Positions 40,181 to 50,404 of a stretch of DNA of 64,000 nt are shown piece by piece. The stretch is from Nodosilinea sp. (GTDB taxonomy: Bacteria > Cyanobacteriota > Cyanobacteriia > Phormidesmidales > Phormidesmidaceae), in assembly GCA_049317845.1 (NCBI GenBank), contig JBMOHM010000001.1:79860-143859 (forward strand), in the 5' to 3' direction. The notes beneath the pieces were generated by a model. That model made no database searches. It saw nothing but the letters and a program-made list of their open reading frames with translations, and was not told the origin of the DNA. A program made the translations under genes and the position numbers. Each line of letters opens with the position of its first letter. Position 1 is the first letter of the stretch.

Positions 40181-41029
40181 ATGAATGATGGGTCCTATCC
40201 CCAGTCTGTAGTCACCCCGCGCCCGGGTCGTATTGGTATTTTTGACAGTGGTGTAGGCGGGCTAACCGTACTCAGTGAGATCTATCGCCAGTTACCCAAT
40301 GAGTCGGTACTCTATTTTGGGGATACCGCACGATTACCCTATGGATCCCGATCTGCCGAAGAAATTCTCTACTTCGTTCGCCAGATTCTAACCTGGATGG
40401 CTGATCAGCAGGTAAAAATGGTGATGATGGCCTGTAATACCAGTTCAGCCCTAGCCCTGGATATCGTGCAACAGGAGTTTCCCTTTCCAATCCTGGGGCT
40501 AATTCGCCCCGGTGCGCAGGCAGCCGCCTTAGCAAGTAAGCGGATTGGGGTGATTGCCACCGCCGCGACAGTCAACAGTAACGCCTACCCCAACGCGATT
40601 CAAGAACTGGTGCCAGATTGCCAGGTCTGGCAGGTAGGTTGTCCTGACTTTGTTTCCATCGTGGAGAATAATCAAGTTCAGGATTCCTACGCCCACGCAG
40701 TTGCCCAGACCTATCTGAAACCCTTGCTCAGGGCTGAAGTTGATACGCTAATCTATGGCTGTACCCATTATCCCCATCTAGCTCCCGTACTCAAAAAAAT
40801 CTTACCCCCCGGCACCCAATACATTAATCCCGCCATTTCTATGGTGAGGGCGGCGGCTCGGGAGTTAGACGCCTTGGGACTGCGAAATAGCAGTCCGGCA
40901 TGGCCAACAGAGTTCTGTGTGAGTGGACCAGCCCATCAGTTTCGGCACCTGGCGCTGCAGTGGCTAGGACATCAACCCCGGGTCAGTCGAATCAACCTAC
41001 CGGCTCTGACCGTAAGTAAATCATCCTGA
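40181..41029 (+). CDS. murI: glutamate racemase
   Basis: IFDSGVGGL, GDTARLPYG, ACNTS, GCTHYP. Confidence 0.96.
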   Translation: MNDGSYPQSVVTPRPGRIGIFDSGVGGLTVLSEIYRQLPNESVLYFGDTARLPYGSRSAEEILYFVRQILTWMADQQVKMVMMACNTSSALALDIVQQEFPFPILGLIRPGAQAAALASKRIGVIATAATVNSNAYPNAIQELVPDCQVWQVGCPDFVSIVENNQVQDSYAHAVAQTYLKPLLRAEVDTLIYGCTHYPHLAPVLKKILPPGTQYINPAISMVRAAARELDALGLRNSSPAWPTEFCVSGPAHQFRHLALQWLGHQPRVSRINLPALTVSKSS

Positions 41030-41060
41030 TTACAAGGACTACAACTATACCGAACCGATC

Positions 41061-41097
41061 AAAAAAATGCCCTGAGGAAAGACCTGCAGGGCATTTT
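41061..41097. terminator. bidirectional intrinsic terminator between murI and ftsH
   Basis: AAAATGCCCTG...CAGGGCATTTT stem flanked by A/T runs between convergent stops. Confidence 0.7.
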
Positions 41098-41124
41098 GAT
41101 TAGATACTGATTGGATTCGCCATC

Positions 41125-43011
41125 CTAAAACTGGGCGACAAACTGTTGTTTATCGGGTAGGACAGCATACTCTGAAACAATCTGGCGAAATTCATCGCCA
41201 TCAATGGTTTCCCGTTCTACCAGCAGGTCAACTAGACGATCAATCAAGGCCCGATTGTTCTCCATGAGTTGACAAGCTTTTTCGTAACAGTGATCAACAA
41301 TCGTACGAACCTGACCATCGATGCGGGATGCGATTTCCTCGGAATATTCCGACCTGGAAAGCCAATCACGGCCCAGGAACACTTCTCCCTGGGAACTTTC
41401 CAGGGAGAGGGGACCGAGGTCGGACATGCCGAAGCGGGTAACCATCTGACGAGCCATACCGGTGACCTGTTGCAGGTCATTGCCAGCTCCGGTTGTGACT
41501 TCCGCGTTACCAAAAATTACATCTTCGGCGGCCCTACCTCCCAGGGCGCCTGTAATGCGGGCTAACAACTGGGCCCGGGAGATTAACATTTGTTCTTCAC
41601 TGGGGGTAAACCAGGTCAAACCCTGGGCCTGGCCGCGAGGAATTAGGGTAACCTTTTGCACCGGATCGTGATCCTTAAGGAGGGTACCGACAATGGCGTG
41701 GCCAATTTCGTGGTAAGCAATCAGCCGCTTACTTTTGCTATCTACCAGAGGTGTACCTTCCATACCGGCGATGACGCGATCAACCGCATCATCTACCTCG
41801 GCCATGGTAATGGCCTCCTTACGGCGACGGGCGGTGAGAATGGCGGCCTCATTCAACAAGTTAGCCAGGTCTGCACCAGTAAAGCCGGGGGTACGGCGGG
41901 CAATGGCATCCAGGGAGATGTCCTCTGCCAGCTTCTTATTACGGGCATGGACCTCTAAAACTTCTAACCGTCCCTTGATATCGGGAGGATCGACCATAAC
42001 CTGACGGTCAAAACGACCGGGACGCAGCAGGGCGGAATCTAGCACGTCCACCCGGTTAGTAGCGGCAATGATGATAATGCCCGTATTGCCTTCAAACCCA
42101 TCCATTTCGGTCAGCAGCTGGTTGAGGGTTTGCTCCCGCTCATCATTACCGCCGCCGATGCCAGCTCCCCGTTGACGACCCACGGCATCAATTTCATCAA
42201 TGAAGATAATGCAGGGGGCATTATCCTTAGCTTTTTTGAAGAGGTCTCGGACACGGGAAGCCCCTACCCCCACAAACATTTCTACAAACTCAGAGCCGGA
42301 AATGCTAAAGAAGGGAACCCCGGCTTCACCGGCGATCGCCTTAGCCAGCAGGGTTTTACCAGTTCCGGGTGGTCCCACCAGTAAGACCCCCTTAGGAATA
42401 CGAGCCCCAATGGCCGTGAAGCGTTCTGGCTTCTTCAGAAAGGTAACTACCTCTTGCAATTCTTCCTTAGCTTCGTCAATACCTGCCACATCATCGAACA
42501 TCACCCCAGTCTTGGCTTCCATCATAAAACGAGCCTTGGACTTACCAAAACTCATCGCCTGCCCAGGACCACCAGGACCCCCGCTGGAGCGGCGAAATAG
42601 GAAGAACAGACCGCCAATCAACAAAAGGGGAAATAACAGGTTACCCAGAGCCCCCACCAGAGCCCCATCATTGCGGGGGGGATGGGAGTCGAGGCTAATC
42701 TTAGCATCCCGTAGCCGACTGACCAGCTCGGGAGAATTACCCGGCAGGTCAACGCGCCAGCGCTGTACCCGGTTGTCAATATCAGGATCTACCGCTTCAA
42801 TGATGGCGGTTTTGCCGTTATCGTAGAGGTCAACGGCGGTAACCCGTCCGGCTTCCAGGTAGTCAAGGAAGCGACCGTAGGTCATGCGGGTATTAGCTGC
42901 ATTGCGTCCCAGGTTGGTGGGAGAAGGGGAGAACGCCCCCTGCCAGACGAAAAAGCCAACCACGAGAAGTGGTAGGGTCCAGAGTAAAATGACTCGCCAG
43001 GAAAGTTTCAT
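41125..43011 (-). CDS. ftsH2: ATP-dependent zinc metalloprotease FtsH (FtsH2 type)
   Basis: [26 protein letters not shown]; N-terminus [14 protein letters not shown] typical of thylakoid FtsH2. Confidence 0.93.
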   Translation of the reverse strand: MKLSWRVILLWTLPLLVVGFFVWQGAFSPSPTNLGRNAANTRMTYGRFLDYLEAGRVTAVDLYDNGKTAIIEAVDPDIDNRVQRWRVDLPGNSPELVSRLRDAKISLDSHPPRNDGALVGALGNLLFPLLLIGGLFFLFRRSSGGPGGPGQAMSFGKSKARFMMEAKTGVMFDDVAGIDEAKEELQEVVTFLKKPERFTAIGARIPKGVLLVGPPGTGKTLLAKAIAGEAGVPFFSISGSEFVEMFVGVGASRVRDLFKKAKDNAPCIIFIDEIDAVGRQRGAGIGGGNDEREQTLNQLLTEMDGFEGNTGIIIIAATNRVDVLDSALLRPGRFDRQVMVDPPDIKGRLEVLEVHARNKKLAEDISLDAIARRTPGFTGADLANLLNEAAILTARRRKEAITMAEVDDAVDRVIAGMEGTPLVDSKSKRLIAYHEIGHAIVGTLLKDHDPVQKVTLIPRGQAQGLTWFTPSEEQMLISRAQLLARITGALGGRAAEDVIFGNAEVTTGAGNDLQQVTGMARQMVTRFGMSDLGPLSLESSQGEVFLGRDWLSRSEYSEEIASRIDGQVRTIVDHCYEKACQLMENNRALIDRLVDLLVERETIDGDEFRQIVSEYAVLPDKQQFVAQF

Positions 43012-43200
43012 AAACCAATGGCCTCTATTCAGGAGCTGCCGACAATATGAGATGAATCTTTACTTAATTTAACGTAAGCTAGGGGACCTGATCAAACCCA
43101 CTCCAGATATTTAATCCTCTGTAATTATTTTTTCTGGCTTACCAGGTCAGCGACTCGGGCTACACCGGTTCCCGGCACGGGGATTTATAGCCCTAAGGAA

Positions 43201-45963
43201 TTAGGGCTTCAGATTCTGTCTAACTATCCATTTTTCGGTTTCAATAGCCCAGAAACCCAGGGTACTGACCCCCAGACCAATCCCTAAATCAAGCAGGGAG
43301 AGGGGCATGGTTTGAAAGAAAGCCTGCAATTGGGGGACATAAATCACCAGTAATTGCAACCCCAATGTAACGAGAACGGCCCCCAGCATACTGGGGTTAC
43401 TCAATAGGGCCAGGCTAAACCATGAATCCTGGCTCGATCGCATAGCCAGAGCCAGACTCATGCGGGAAAATGCCAGGGTGACAAACACCATGGTTTGCCA
43501 GTTAGCCTGACCCTGGTACCAGTAACCATAGCCCAACAGCAAGATAGCCAGGCCCAGCAATCCCCCAATCCAGAAAATATCCCGTCCTACCCCACGACCA
43601 AACAGGTTTTCATTGGGCCGATAGGGAGGACGTTGCATGGTGTTCCTTTCGGCGGGCTCAATACTGAGGGCCAGAGCTAGTAAACCATCGGCCAACAGGT
43701 TAATCCAAAGGATTTGGATGGGTAACAGGGGCAGCGGCATAACTAACAGGGGGGCAATCAGCATAATGGCTACGCCACTGGCATTGCCAGTCATGCTGTA
43801 TTTAATAAATTTGCGAATATTGTCATAAATCACCCGCCCCTCCTGAACCGCCGCCACGATGGTGGCGAAATTATCGTCCAGCAGCACCATATCGGCAGCC
43901 TCCTTGGCCACATCAGCGCCAGTAATGCCCATGGCAATGCCAATATCAGCTTTTTTTAGAGCGGGGGCATCATTCACCCCATCCCCAGTCATGGCCACAA
44001 CCTCTCCCCGATTTTGCAGCGCCTCCACAATACTGAGCTTTTGGTGGGGAGACACACGGGCATAGATAGAAACGGACTCCACCTGGGTCGCTAGTTGGGC
44101 TGGGGTTAGTTGGGTGAGATCCTGCCCCGTGAGGATTTGGTCGTGGGCAATACCCAGCTCCTGGGCAATATGTTGGGCCGTGAGGGGATGATCTCCCGTA
44201 ATCATAATGGGACGAATACCGGCTTTCTGACAGATTTCTACCGCCTGTTTCGCCTCCACCCGAATCGGGTCCACCATGCCAACGATACCGACAAACACCA
44301 GGTCCGTTTCAATGGCAGCGGCGGTCATGGGCTCGGGTAATTGATTAAGGCCTCGAAAGGCCACCATCAACACCCGCACACCGGTGGCTGCTAGATTCTG
44401 GTGCAGGGTCCGAATCTGCTCACGCCAGGCCGAATCCAGGGATTCTATGTGGCCATTTACCCAAAGCTGGCTACAACGATCGATGACTACTGTAAAGGCT
44501 CCTTTGGTAAATACCAGATAGGAGTAGGCGGTGATTTGATCCAGCCAGTTTTGGTGTGGCGAGCTAATGTTATTTTGGTCAGCCAGTTGGGGACCGGGTC
44601 GGTCGGTCAAGGCAAGGGCTGGATCGGTTTTCTGTTTGGCCAGGGCGATACCATGGACAGTGGTCATGGACTTGCGATCGGGATCGAAGGGAAATTCATA
44701 GAGTCGGGGAAACTGCTGCGATCGCTGGGATGGTTGCACCCCCAGCCGAACCGCTGCCACCCCCAAGGCCACTTCCGTAGGATCCCCCAAGGCCTTACTG
44801 ACATCGCTAGCGGCCTGGCAAGAGAGCATGGCATCGTTACAAAGGATCATGCCGGTTAAGAGCAGATCAATGGTTGGAGCCAGGGACTCAACCGGCCAGG
44901 GTTGGGAGCGCAAATCTAGTTGCTGGCCAGCCACCTCTAGAACCACCACGGTCATTCGGTTCTCGGTCAGGGTACCGGTTTTATCTGCACAAATGGTGGT
45001 AACCGATCCCAGGGTCTCTACGGCAGGTAGTTTTCGAATCAGCGCCTGACGGTTGAGCATGCGCCGCGCCCCCAGGGCCAGAGTAATGGTCACCACCGCC
45101 GGCAAACCCTCCGGAATCACCGCAACGGCAATACTGACCGCCGTTAAAACCATCATGTAAAGGTTTTCCCCCCGGAGCAGGCCCAGGCCTAAAATCACCA
45201 GCACCAGCAGCAGGGTGGCGATCGCCAAGCGTTTTCCCAAGCTATCCAGGCGTTTTTGCAGGGGGGTTGGCTCGGGCACAAGGGTTTGTACCGCCTGGGC
45301 AATTTGGCCCAGTTCCGTAGTCATACCGGTGGCCGTCACCACTACCTGACCTCGACCATAGGTAACTACCGTCCCCAGGTAGACCATATTTTGGCGATCG
45401 CCCAGGGATAAACCCTTAGGGGCGAGGCGCTGACTATCTTTATCGACTGGGGCAAACTCTCCCGTAAAGGCCGACTCCTGCACCTGCAGGTTAGTACTCT
45501 CGATGAGTCGGCCATCGGCCGGTACAAAATCTCCCGCCTCTAAGCGAATCAAGTCGCCAGGCACCAACTGACGAGCGGAAATCGAGCGCCATTCCCCATC
45601 CCGACAGACCTTGGCCAGGGGAACCGCTAATTGCTGTAGGGCGGCAAAGGCCTGACTAGCCTGGTACTCCTGATTAAGACCGAGGCCAGCATTAAAGATG
45701 ACGATCGCCAAAATGGCGATCGTATCCTTGTGGTCTCCTAAGACCGCTGCGATCGCCGCGGCGGCAATCAGGACTAACACCGTCGTGGCGGTTAATTGTT
45801 CCCACAGCATTCGCCCCAGGCTTTTCGGGGGTCGCTCGATGAGTTGGTTAAGGCCGTAGTGCTGTTGACGCCGGGCCACTTCACCGGTCTTCAACCCCCA
45901 GTTAAGGGTCGTACCTGAGCGCTGCAAAACGGTAGGAATATCAAGGATACGCCAGTCAGTCAT
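43201..45963 (-). CDS. P-type ATPase, type IIA (Ca2+/cation-translocating, PacL-like)
   Basis: [37 protein letters not shown]; ATG 45963 overlaps upstream stop (ATGA). Confidence 0.93.
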   Translation of the reverse strand: MTDWRILDIPTVLQRSGTTLNWGLKTGEVARRQQHYGLNQLIERPPKSLGRMLWEQLTATTVLVLIAAAAIAAVLGDHKDTIAILAIVIFNAGLGLNQEYQASQAFAALQQLAVPLAKVCRDGEWRSISARQLVPGDLIRLEAGDFVPADGRLIESTNLQVQESAFTGEFAPVDKDSQRLAPKGLSLGDRQNMVYLGTVVTYGRGQVVVTATGMTTELGQIAQAVQTLVPEPTPLQKRLDSLGKRLAIATLLLVLVILGLGLLRGENLYMMVLTAVSIAVAVIPEGLPAVVTITLALGARRMLNRQALIRKLPAVETLGSVTTICADKTGTLTENRMTVVVLEVAGQQLDLRSQPWPVESLAPTIDLLLTGMILCNDAMLSCQAASDVSKALGDPTEVALGVAAVRLGVQPSQRSQQFPRLYEFPFDPDRKSMTTVHGIALAKQKTDPALALTDRPGPQLADQNNISSPHQNWLDQITAYSYLVFTKGAFTVVIDRCSQLWVNGHIESLDSAWREQIRTLHQNLAATGVRVLMVAFRGLNQLPEPMTAAAIETDLVFVGIVGMVDPIRVEAKQAVEICQKAGIRPIMITGDHPLTAQHIAQELGIAHDQILTGQDLTQLTPAQLATQVESVSIYARVSPHQKLSIVEALQNRGEVVAMTGDGVNDAPALKKADIGIAMGITGADVAKEAADMVLLDDNFATIVAAVQEGRVIYDNIRKFIKYSMTGNASGVAIMLIAPLLVMPLPLLPIQILWINLLADGLLALALSIEPAERNTMQRPPYRPNENLFGRGVGRDIFWIGGLLGLAILLLGYGYWYQGQANWQTMVFVTLAFSRMSLALAMRSSQDSWFSLALLSNPSMLGAVLVTLGLQLLVIYVPQLQAFFQTMPLSLLDLGIGLGVSTLGFWAIETEKWIVRQNLKP

Positions 45964-46979
45964 AGACCCATGATGGCCGATGCCGCCCCAGGGCGACAAG
46001 GTGGAAGATCGTCCTTCCCACCATAGACCCATTGGGGAAGGGGAGCAATGAATTCTATCGGCTCCTGGTGGTGGGGATGGAGCAGGTAAAGGCGGTAGGC
46101 ATGCAGATAGTAGCCCGTATCCCCAGGTACCGCTAGGTTGTGGGAAAGGGCTGAATCAGATTCTAGATCCGTTGCCAGGCCGGTAGCGGGTATTCCCCCC
46201 GGACCGTAGAGGGGATCGCCTAGCAGGGGATAACCTGCCGCCGCCAAATGGATACGAATTTGATGGGGCCGGCCGGTGGTAATGGCCACCTCCACCAGGG
46301 TAGCGCTCCCCCAGCGCTCCAGCACCCGCACCTGGCTCTGGGCGGGCTTACCTGTGGGAGTAGCCCCATAGACATAACCCAGCACTGGATGGGCGTATTT
46401 ACCAATCGCCGTGGTGATGGTGAACCGATCTGGACAATTACCGGGGCTAATTAAGGCCCGATAGATTTTACCAAGACTTGACCGACCAGGGGTTTGCAGG
46501 GTGCCATGACGGAACTGACGGCTCAGATCGGCCCGGGCCTGGGTCGAACGAGCCATCACCAGGAGGCCAGAGGTACCCCGCCCTAATCGATGGACAGGCA
46601 CCGGTGTCTGATCAGGATAGCGCTGCTGGAGCTGGTACAGCAGGGTATGGGTCAGGAAGTTACCACCGGGTAGGACGGGCAAACCCGCTGGCTTGGCGAT
46701 CGCCAGCAAATCTCCATCTTCGTAAATGACTTGAAAATCCAACGGTACAGGTAATTCTTCCCAGGGGGGACGATGGTAGGCCAGCACCTGGCCTGACCGT
46801 AAGCGATCGTGGGCGGTGGCTATCCGATTATCCACATAGATCTGCCCCGCCTCCAGACGAGCCTGCCAATCGGCCCAACTGGAATGGCGATAGCGCTGAG
46901 CATAAAAGTCCAAGACGCCAACCCCATGGCTGCCCGCCGTAATCCGATCGCGATAAACCCAGCCCTGATTCCTGGCCAT
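45960..46979 (-). CDS. RluA-family pseudouridine-synthase-like protein lacking the catalytic Asp
   Basis: S4-like N-terminus, KPAGLPV, HRLGRGTSG (canonical HRLDxxTSG), TGRPHQIRIH, GDPLYG, YYLHA. Confidence 0.9.
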   Translation of the reverse strand: MARNQGWVYRDRITAGSHGVGVLDFYAQRYRHSSWADWQARLEAGQIYVDNRIATAHDRLRSGQVLAYHRPPWEELPVPLDFQVIYEDGDLLAIAKPAGLPVLPGGNFLTHTLLYQLQQRYPDQTPVPVHRLGRGTSGLLVMARSTQARADLSRQFRHGTLQTPGRSSLGKIYRALISPGNCPDRFTITTAIGKYAHPVLGYVYGATPTGKPAQSQVRVLERWGSATLVEVAITTGRPHQIRIHLAAAGYPLLGDPLYGPGGIPATGLATDLESDSALSHNLAVPGDTGYYLHAYRLYLLHPHHQEPIEFIAPLPQWVYGGKDDLPPCRPGAASAIMGL

Positions 46980-47000
46980 AGAAATTGATGCCCCAGGGAA

Positions 47001-47588
47001 CTAACCCTCGACCTCAGCCATTTCAATTACCTGTTGATCGTAGTCTCTCACCAGAAAGTTCAAGGGTTTCTCGGAGCGAATTTTGTGGTCTACCCCTCTG
47101 AGTTGTACCTGCATCAGCAGGTATTCGAGACAACTGTGATCAAAGCAAACATGGCGTTGCTGATTGCGATTGCCCAGGCTGGCGCCAGCAATGATATGGA
47201 GTTGGGTATTTTTACGCAACTGGTACCACAGCCCGGCAGCGCCATTGACGGTGGCCTGGGCTGTTAAGCCCGATGATCCCGCCATGGATAGGGGATCGAT
47301 ACCAGGACTACCGAAGGTTTGATCATAATTATAGTAATAATGCAGAGGCACATCGGCCACCGGGAGGTTTAACATATTGCCATAAAACCGACGTGCCACC
47401 TCCAGGTCAGATACCATCACGGTGTAAACCTTGGGGGCGCTTTTGAGAAACATCCACATGGCCCCAGCGTAGGCAACTAGCAGCATGACCATGATGCCCT
47501 GGGTAGACATAATACTGTCGAGGGGCAGCCCGAACATGGCCAGGGTTGGGTACATCAGGGGTGGAAAGGGCAGCGGCAAAACTGGCAT
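47001..47588 (-). CDS. VOC/glyoxalase-like protein with N-terminal TM helix
   Basis: VMVSDLEVARRFYGNMLNL, GLWYQL...QLHII, HVCF, LVRDYD..VIEMAE; exact start uncertain. Confidence 0.78.
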   Translation of the reverse strand: MPVLPLPFPPLMYPTLAMFGLPLDSIMSTQGIMVMLLVAYAGAMWMFLKSAPKVYTVMVSDLEVARRFYGNMLNLPVADVPLHYYYNYDQTFGSPGIDPLSMAGSSGLTAQATVNGAAGLWYQLRKNTQLHIIAGASLGNRNQQRHVCFDHSCLEYLLMQVQLRGVDHKIRSEKPLNFLVRDYDQQVIEMAEVEG

Positions 47589-47732
47589 AGTAGATCAGGA
47601 ATGTCAACTCAGAATACAGATGTTGGCCTTGGGTGTATCAATTTTTGGAAAGTCTCGGCAGTAGGTAGATGTTTCTATAGATTAAAGCTACTTTCAGATT
47701 TTTCAACCCTTCTTTAACCCATACTCCTATTT

Positions 47733-48164
47733 ATGATGAAGCTCTCTGGGCAAAATCGTCCACCCATACAGGCACCTGAAGTCTCGGACTATATCAACCG
47801 CATGGCTCCCGATGTGCGAGCTAGTCTCACCTCCGATCAATTCAGAGAAGTCACCCGGGTAATTAGCCTGGCTATGCCCCGGCCATCCCCTAAAATTGTT
47901 GACCTGCGTTTTGATATTGATGTAATCTTCGGGCGCTTTTTCATTGTTTTATTTGTTGGTAAAGATCGCCGCCGGTCTCCCCGGCAGCAACCCGTCAATC
48001 GCCTCACTACCCTGCTGAACTGGTTAACGGCGGTGATCTTGCTCCTGGGAGTCAATCTTATGGTTAGCATTAGCCTATTTCTGGGGGCCTATCTGATCAA
48101 GTCAGCCGTTGGTATTAATTTAATGCCAGGGCATTTAGGGGACCTGATTCAGCGGTTTCTCTAG
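47733..48164 (+). CDS. hypothetical membrane protein
   Basis: 143 aa, SLT..QF...VDLRF...RFFIVLFVGKDRR followed by a hydrophobic C-terminal helix. Confidence 0.75.
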   Translation: MMKLSGQNRPPIQAPEVSDYINRMAPDVRASLTSDQFREVTRVISLAMPRPSPKIVDLRFDIDVIFGRFFIVLFVGKDRRRSPRQQPVNRLTTLLNWLTAVILLLGVNLMVSISLFLGAYLIKSAVGINLMPGHLGDLIQRFL

Positions 48165-48178
48165 GGTTGATTCCGGTC

Positions 48179-48952
48179 CTACGGCCAAACCAGCTGAATG
48201 GCCTGGCCAATCTCCAACCCCAGGTCAGCCTCGGCCCTACCCTGGTTGACAGCAATTTCTATCCAACCATGGCTACCGGCAAGGGCTAGGGGCATTTTTT
48301 CTGGAACACTGGAGTAGGTAGTCACGCCCGGAATCGCCGTTGAACCTATCCGGATATGCCAGGATCGGCTATCCAGGCTATCTGCCGATAGGGTAGTGAT
48401 GGCGTTACCAAAGTGATCGATCGCCTGAATGCAGCCTTCCATCCCTGAGGCGATGTTGTGGCAGGGGGGTAACTCTAATCGCTTCAGGGAGTCGGGTGAG
48501 ATGGGCGTACCCAGAGCCGTTAGGGGAATCCCCGCCGTCAGATGGGCCGCCGCCGGGGCAAAAATATCCCGACCATGGAAGGTGGGACTGGGGGTCGGGG
48601 TCCGCCAGTAGGTGGGTCGGTCCAGTTCTACGGCCTGCAAGACCGGATAGCGATCGCAAACGCCACTGAACACCCCATTATCAGGGCCCACCAGGTAGGC
48701 CCGGGCCAGTTGCACCGCGATCGCCCGACGGTGACTGCCTACCCCTGGATCGACAATCACCAGATGGATGGTACCCGGAGGAAAATAGGGAAAGGCGGTA
48801 AGGAGCTGAAATCTAGCCCCATAGCAGTCCTGGGGAAGAATATTGTGGGTTAGATCAATTAGGGGGGTGGTGGGGGAGTGGCTGGCGATAACCCCCTTAA
48901 TCACGCCTACGTAAACGTCCTGGAGGCCAAAGTCGGTGATTAGGGTAATCAT
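48179..48952 (-). CDS. SAM hydroxide adenosyltransferase (DUF62, chlorinase/fluorinase superfamily)
   Basis: ITLITDFG, VDPGVGSHRR, TFHGRDIFAP, IDHFGN, EIAVNQG. Confidence 0.92.
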   Translation of the reverse strand: MITLITDFGLQDVYVGVIKGVIASHSPTTPLIDLTHNILPQDCYGARFQLLTAFPYFPPGTIHLVIVDPGVGSHRRAIAVQLARAYLVGPDNGVFSGVCDRYPVLQAVELDRPTYWRTPTPSPTFHGRDIFAPAAAHLTAGIPLTALGTPISPDSLKRLELPPCHNIASGMEGCIQAIDHFGNAITTLSADSLDSRSWHIRIGSTAIPGVTTYSSVPEKMPLALAGSHGWIEIAVNQGRAEADLGLEIGQAIQLVWP

Positions 48953-48963
48953 GGCTAAAGGGA

Positions 48964-50208
48964 CTAACCAAGGCTGTAGTATTGATCCAACTGTAGCAAG
49001 GTCTCCAGTAAAACATTAGCACCCTGGGTGCAGGCCTCGGGAGCCGTATACTCAACTTCGGAATGGCTCACTCCCCCCTGACTGGGGACAAAGATCATGC
49101 CCATGTCGGTAAAACGCCCCATTTCCAGGGCATCATGGCCAGCTCGGCTGGGCATAGCGAGGGACCTCAACCCCAGATCGGCGCTAACCCCGGCAATAAT
49201 CTTCTGGATATGGTCGGCGGCGGGGCTGGGGGCCACATTAAGCTGGGGCAGAATATCAATGGAGGTGTGGGTAGCCTCGGCGATCGCAGCCATTTCCAAC
49301 TTCAAGGCCTGCACCAGATGGTCAATCACCCCCTGATCTAAATCCCGCACATCCAAACTGGCCCTTACCTGGCCGGGTACAATATTGGCGGCATTGGGCC
49401 ATACCTGCAAGGCCCCCACCGTTGCCACCCGTTGGCCGGGGGGATGGGTAGCCAGGCGATTTACCGCTAAAACCACCTGAGCCGCCGCCACCAGGGCATC
49501 CTGGCGTTGATCCATGGGGGTGGTGCCCGCATGGTTGGGGCGACCGGTAATATTAATTTGATAGCGCTGCATACCGACCACCCCCTGCACTACACCGATC
49601 TGCCCTGCTGCCGTTTCCAGCACCCCGCCCTGTTCCACATGCAGCTCAATGAAGGCGCAGATTTGCTCCCGGCTGCGCCGCGCTTGACTGAGCTGACTCC
49701 AGCAGCCTCCCGACTGGTTAACACAGTCGTCGATGGGCCGACCATCTTTGCGGCAGTAGTCGGCGGCATGGAGGGAAGCCGTACCAGCCATGGCCCGACT
49801 GCCAATCATGGTGTCTTCTTCATCGGTAAAAACAATCACCTCATAGGGATGGTTGAGAACGATGGCGCTTTCCCGTAGGGTACGGGCTATTTCAATCCCC
49901 GCCAGTACCCCCAAGACCCCATCAAACTTACCCCCACCAGGCACCGTATCAATGTGGGAACCGGTGGCCAGGGCTGGCCCCGCCAGCTTACCTGGCAGTC
50001 GTCCGATCAGGTTACCAGCGTTATCCAGGCGGGTTTCCAGCCCAGCCCCATGCATCCATTGCTGAACCTGGTTACGGCCTTGAACGTCTTCTTGACTAAA
50101 GGCCAGGCGAGAAACGCCGCCATTGGCTATCTGACCAAAGCGAGCCAGATCCTCAATACATTGGTTCAGACGCTGGCCATTAATCTGAAGATGCTGCTGC
50201 AGGGGCAT
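48964..50208 (-). CDS. M20-family Zn amidohydrolase (N-carbamoyl-L-amino-acid / allantoate amidohydrolase-like)
   Basis: GSHIDTV, GKFDG, ELHVEQG, NHAGTTPM, SRAGHDA, GGVSHS..E. Confidence 0.92.
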   Translation of the reverse strand: MPLQQHLQINGQRLNQCIEDLARFGQIANGGVSRLAFSQEDVQGRNQVQQWMHGAGLETRLDNAGNLIGRLPGKLAGPALATGSHIDTVPGGGKFDGVLGVLAGIEIARTLRESAIVLNHPYEVIVFTDEEDTMIGSRAMAGTASLHAADYCRKDGRPIDDCVNQSGGCWSQLSQARRSREQICAFIELHVEQGGVLETAAGQIGVVQGVVGMQRYQINITGRPNHAGTTPMDQRQDALVAAAQVVLAVNRLATHPPGQRVATVGALQVWPNAANIVPGQVRASLDVRDLDQGVIDHLVQALKLEMAAIAEATHTSIDILPQLNVAPSPAADHIQKIIAGVSADLGLRSLAMPSRAGHDALEMGRFTDMGMIFVPSQGGVSHSEVEYTAPEACTQGANVLLETLLQLDQYYSLG

Positions 50209-50404
50209 GGAAAAGGGTCCTCAAACGATCGGAACAGTCGTTAACCCCGAGTTTTATCCGGGAGCTAAATAACCGCATCCCTACTATAACCATGAAGACC
50301 AACCACCATGATCAAAAGCCCCCTGCCAGACGTGTTAGTTTTTCCTCGTCCCTAGGTAAGGTTCATCTCGAACTCCTCTCGCCTTAGAATGGGTACTGAT
50401 ATCT

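Noticed and set aside
48179-48952. Possible SAM-dependent chlorinase/fluorinase
   Set aside because: Has the Asp-Arg-His features (DPGVG..RR, TFHGRD) of DUF62 SAM hydrolases; no halometabolite genes nearby
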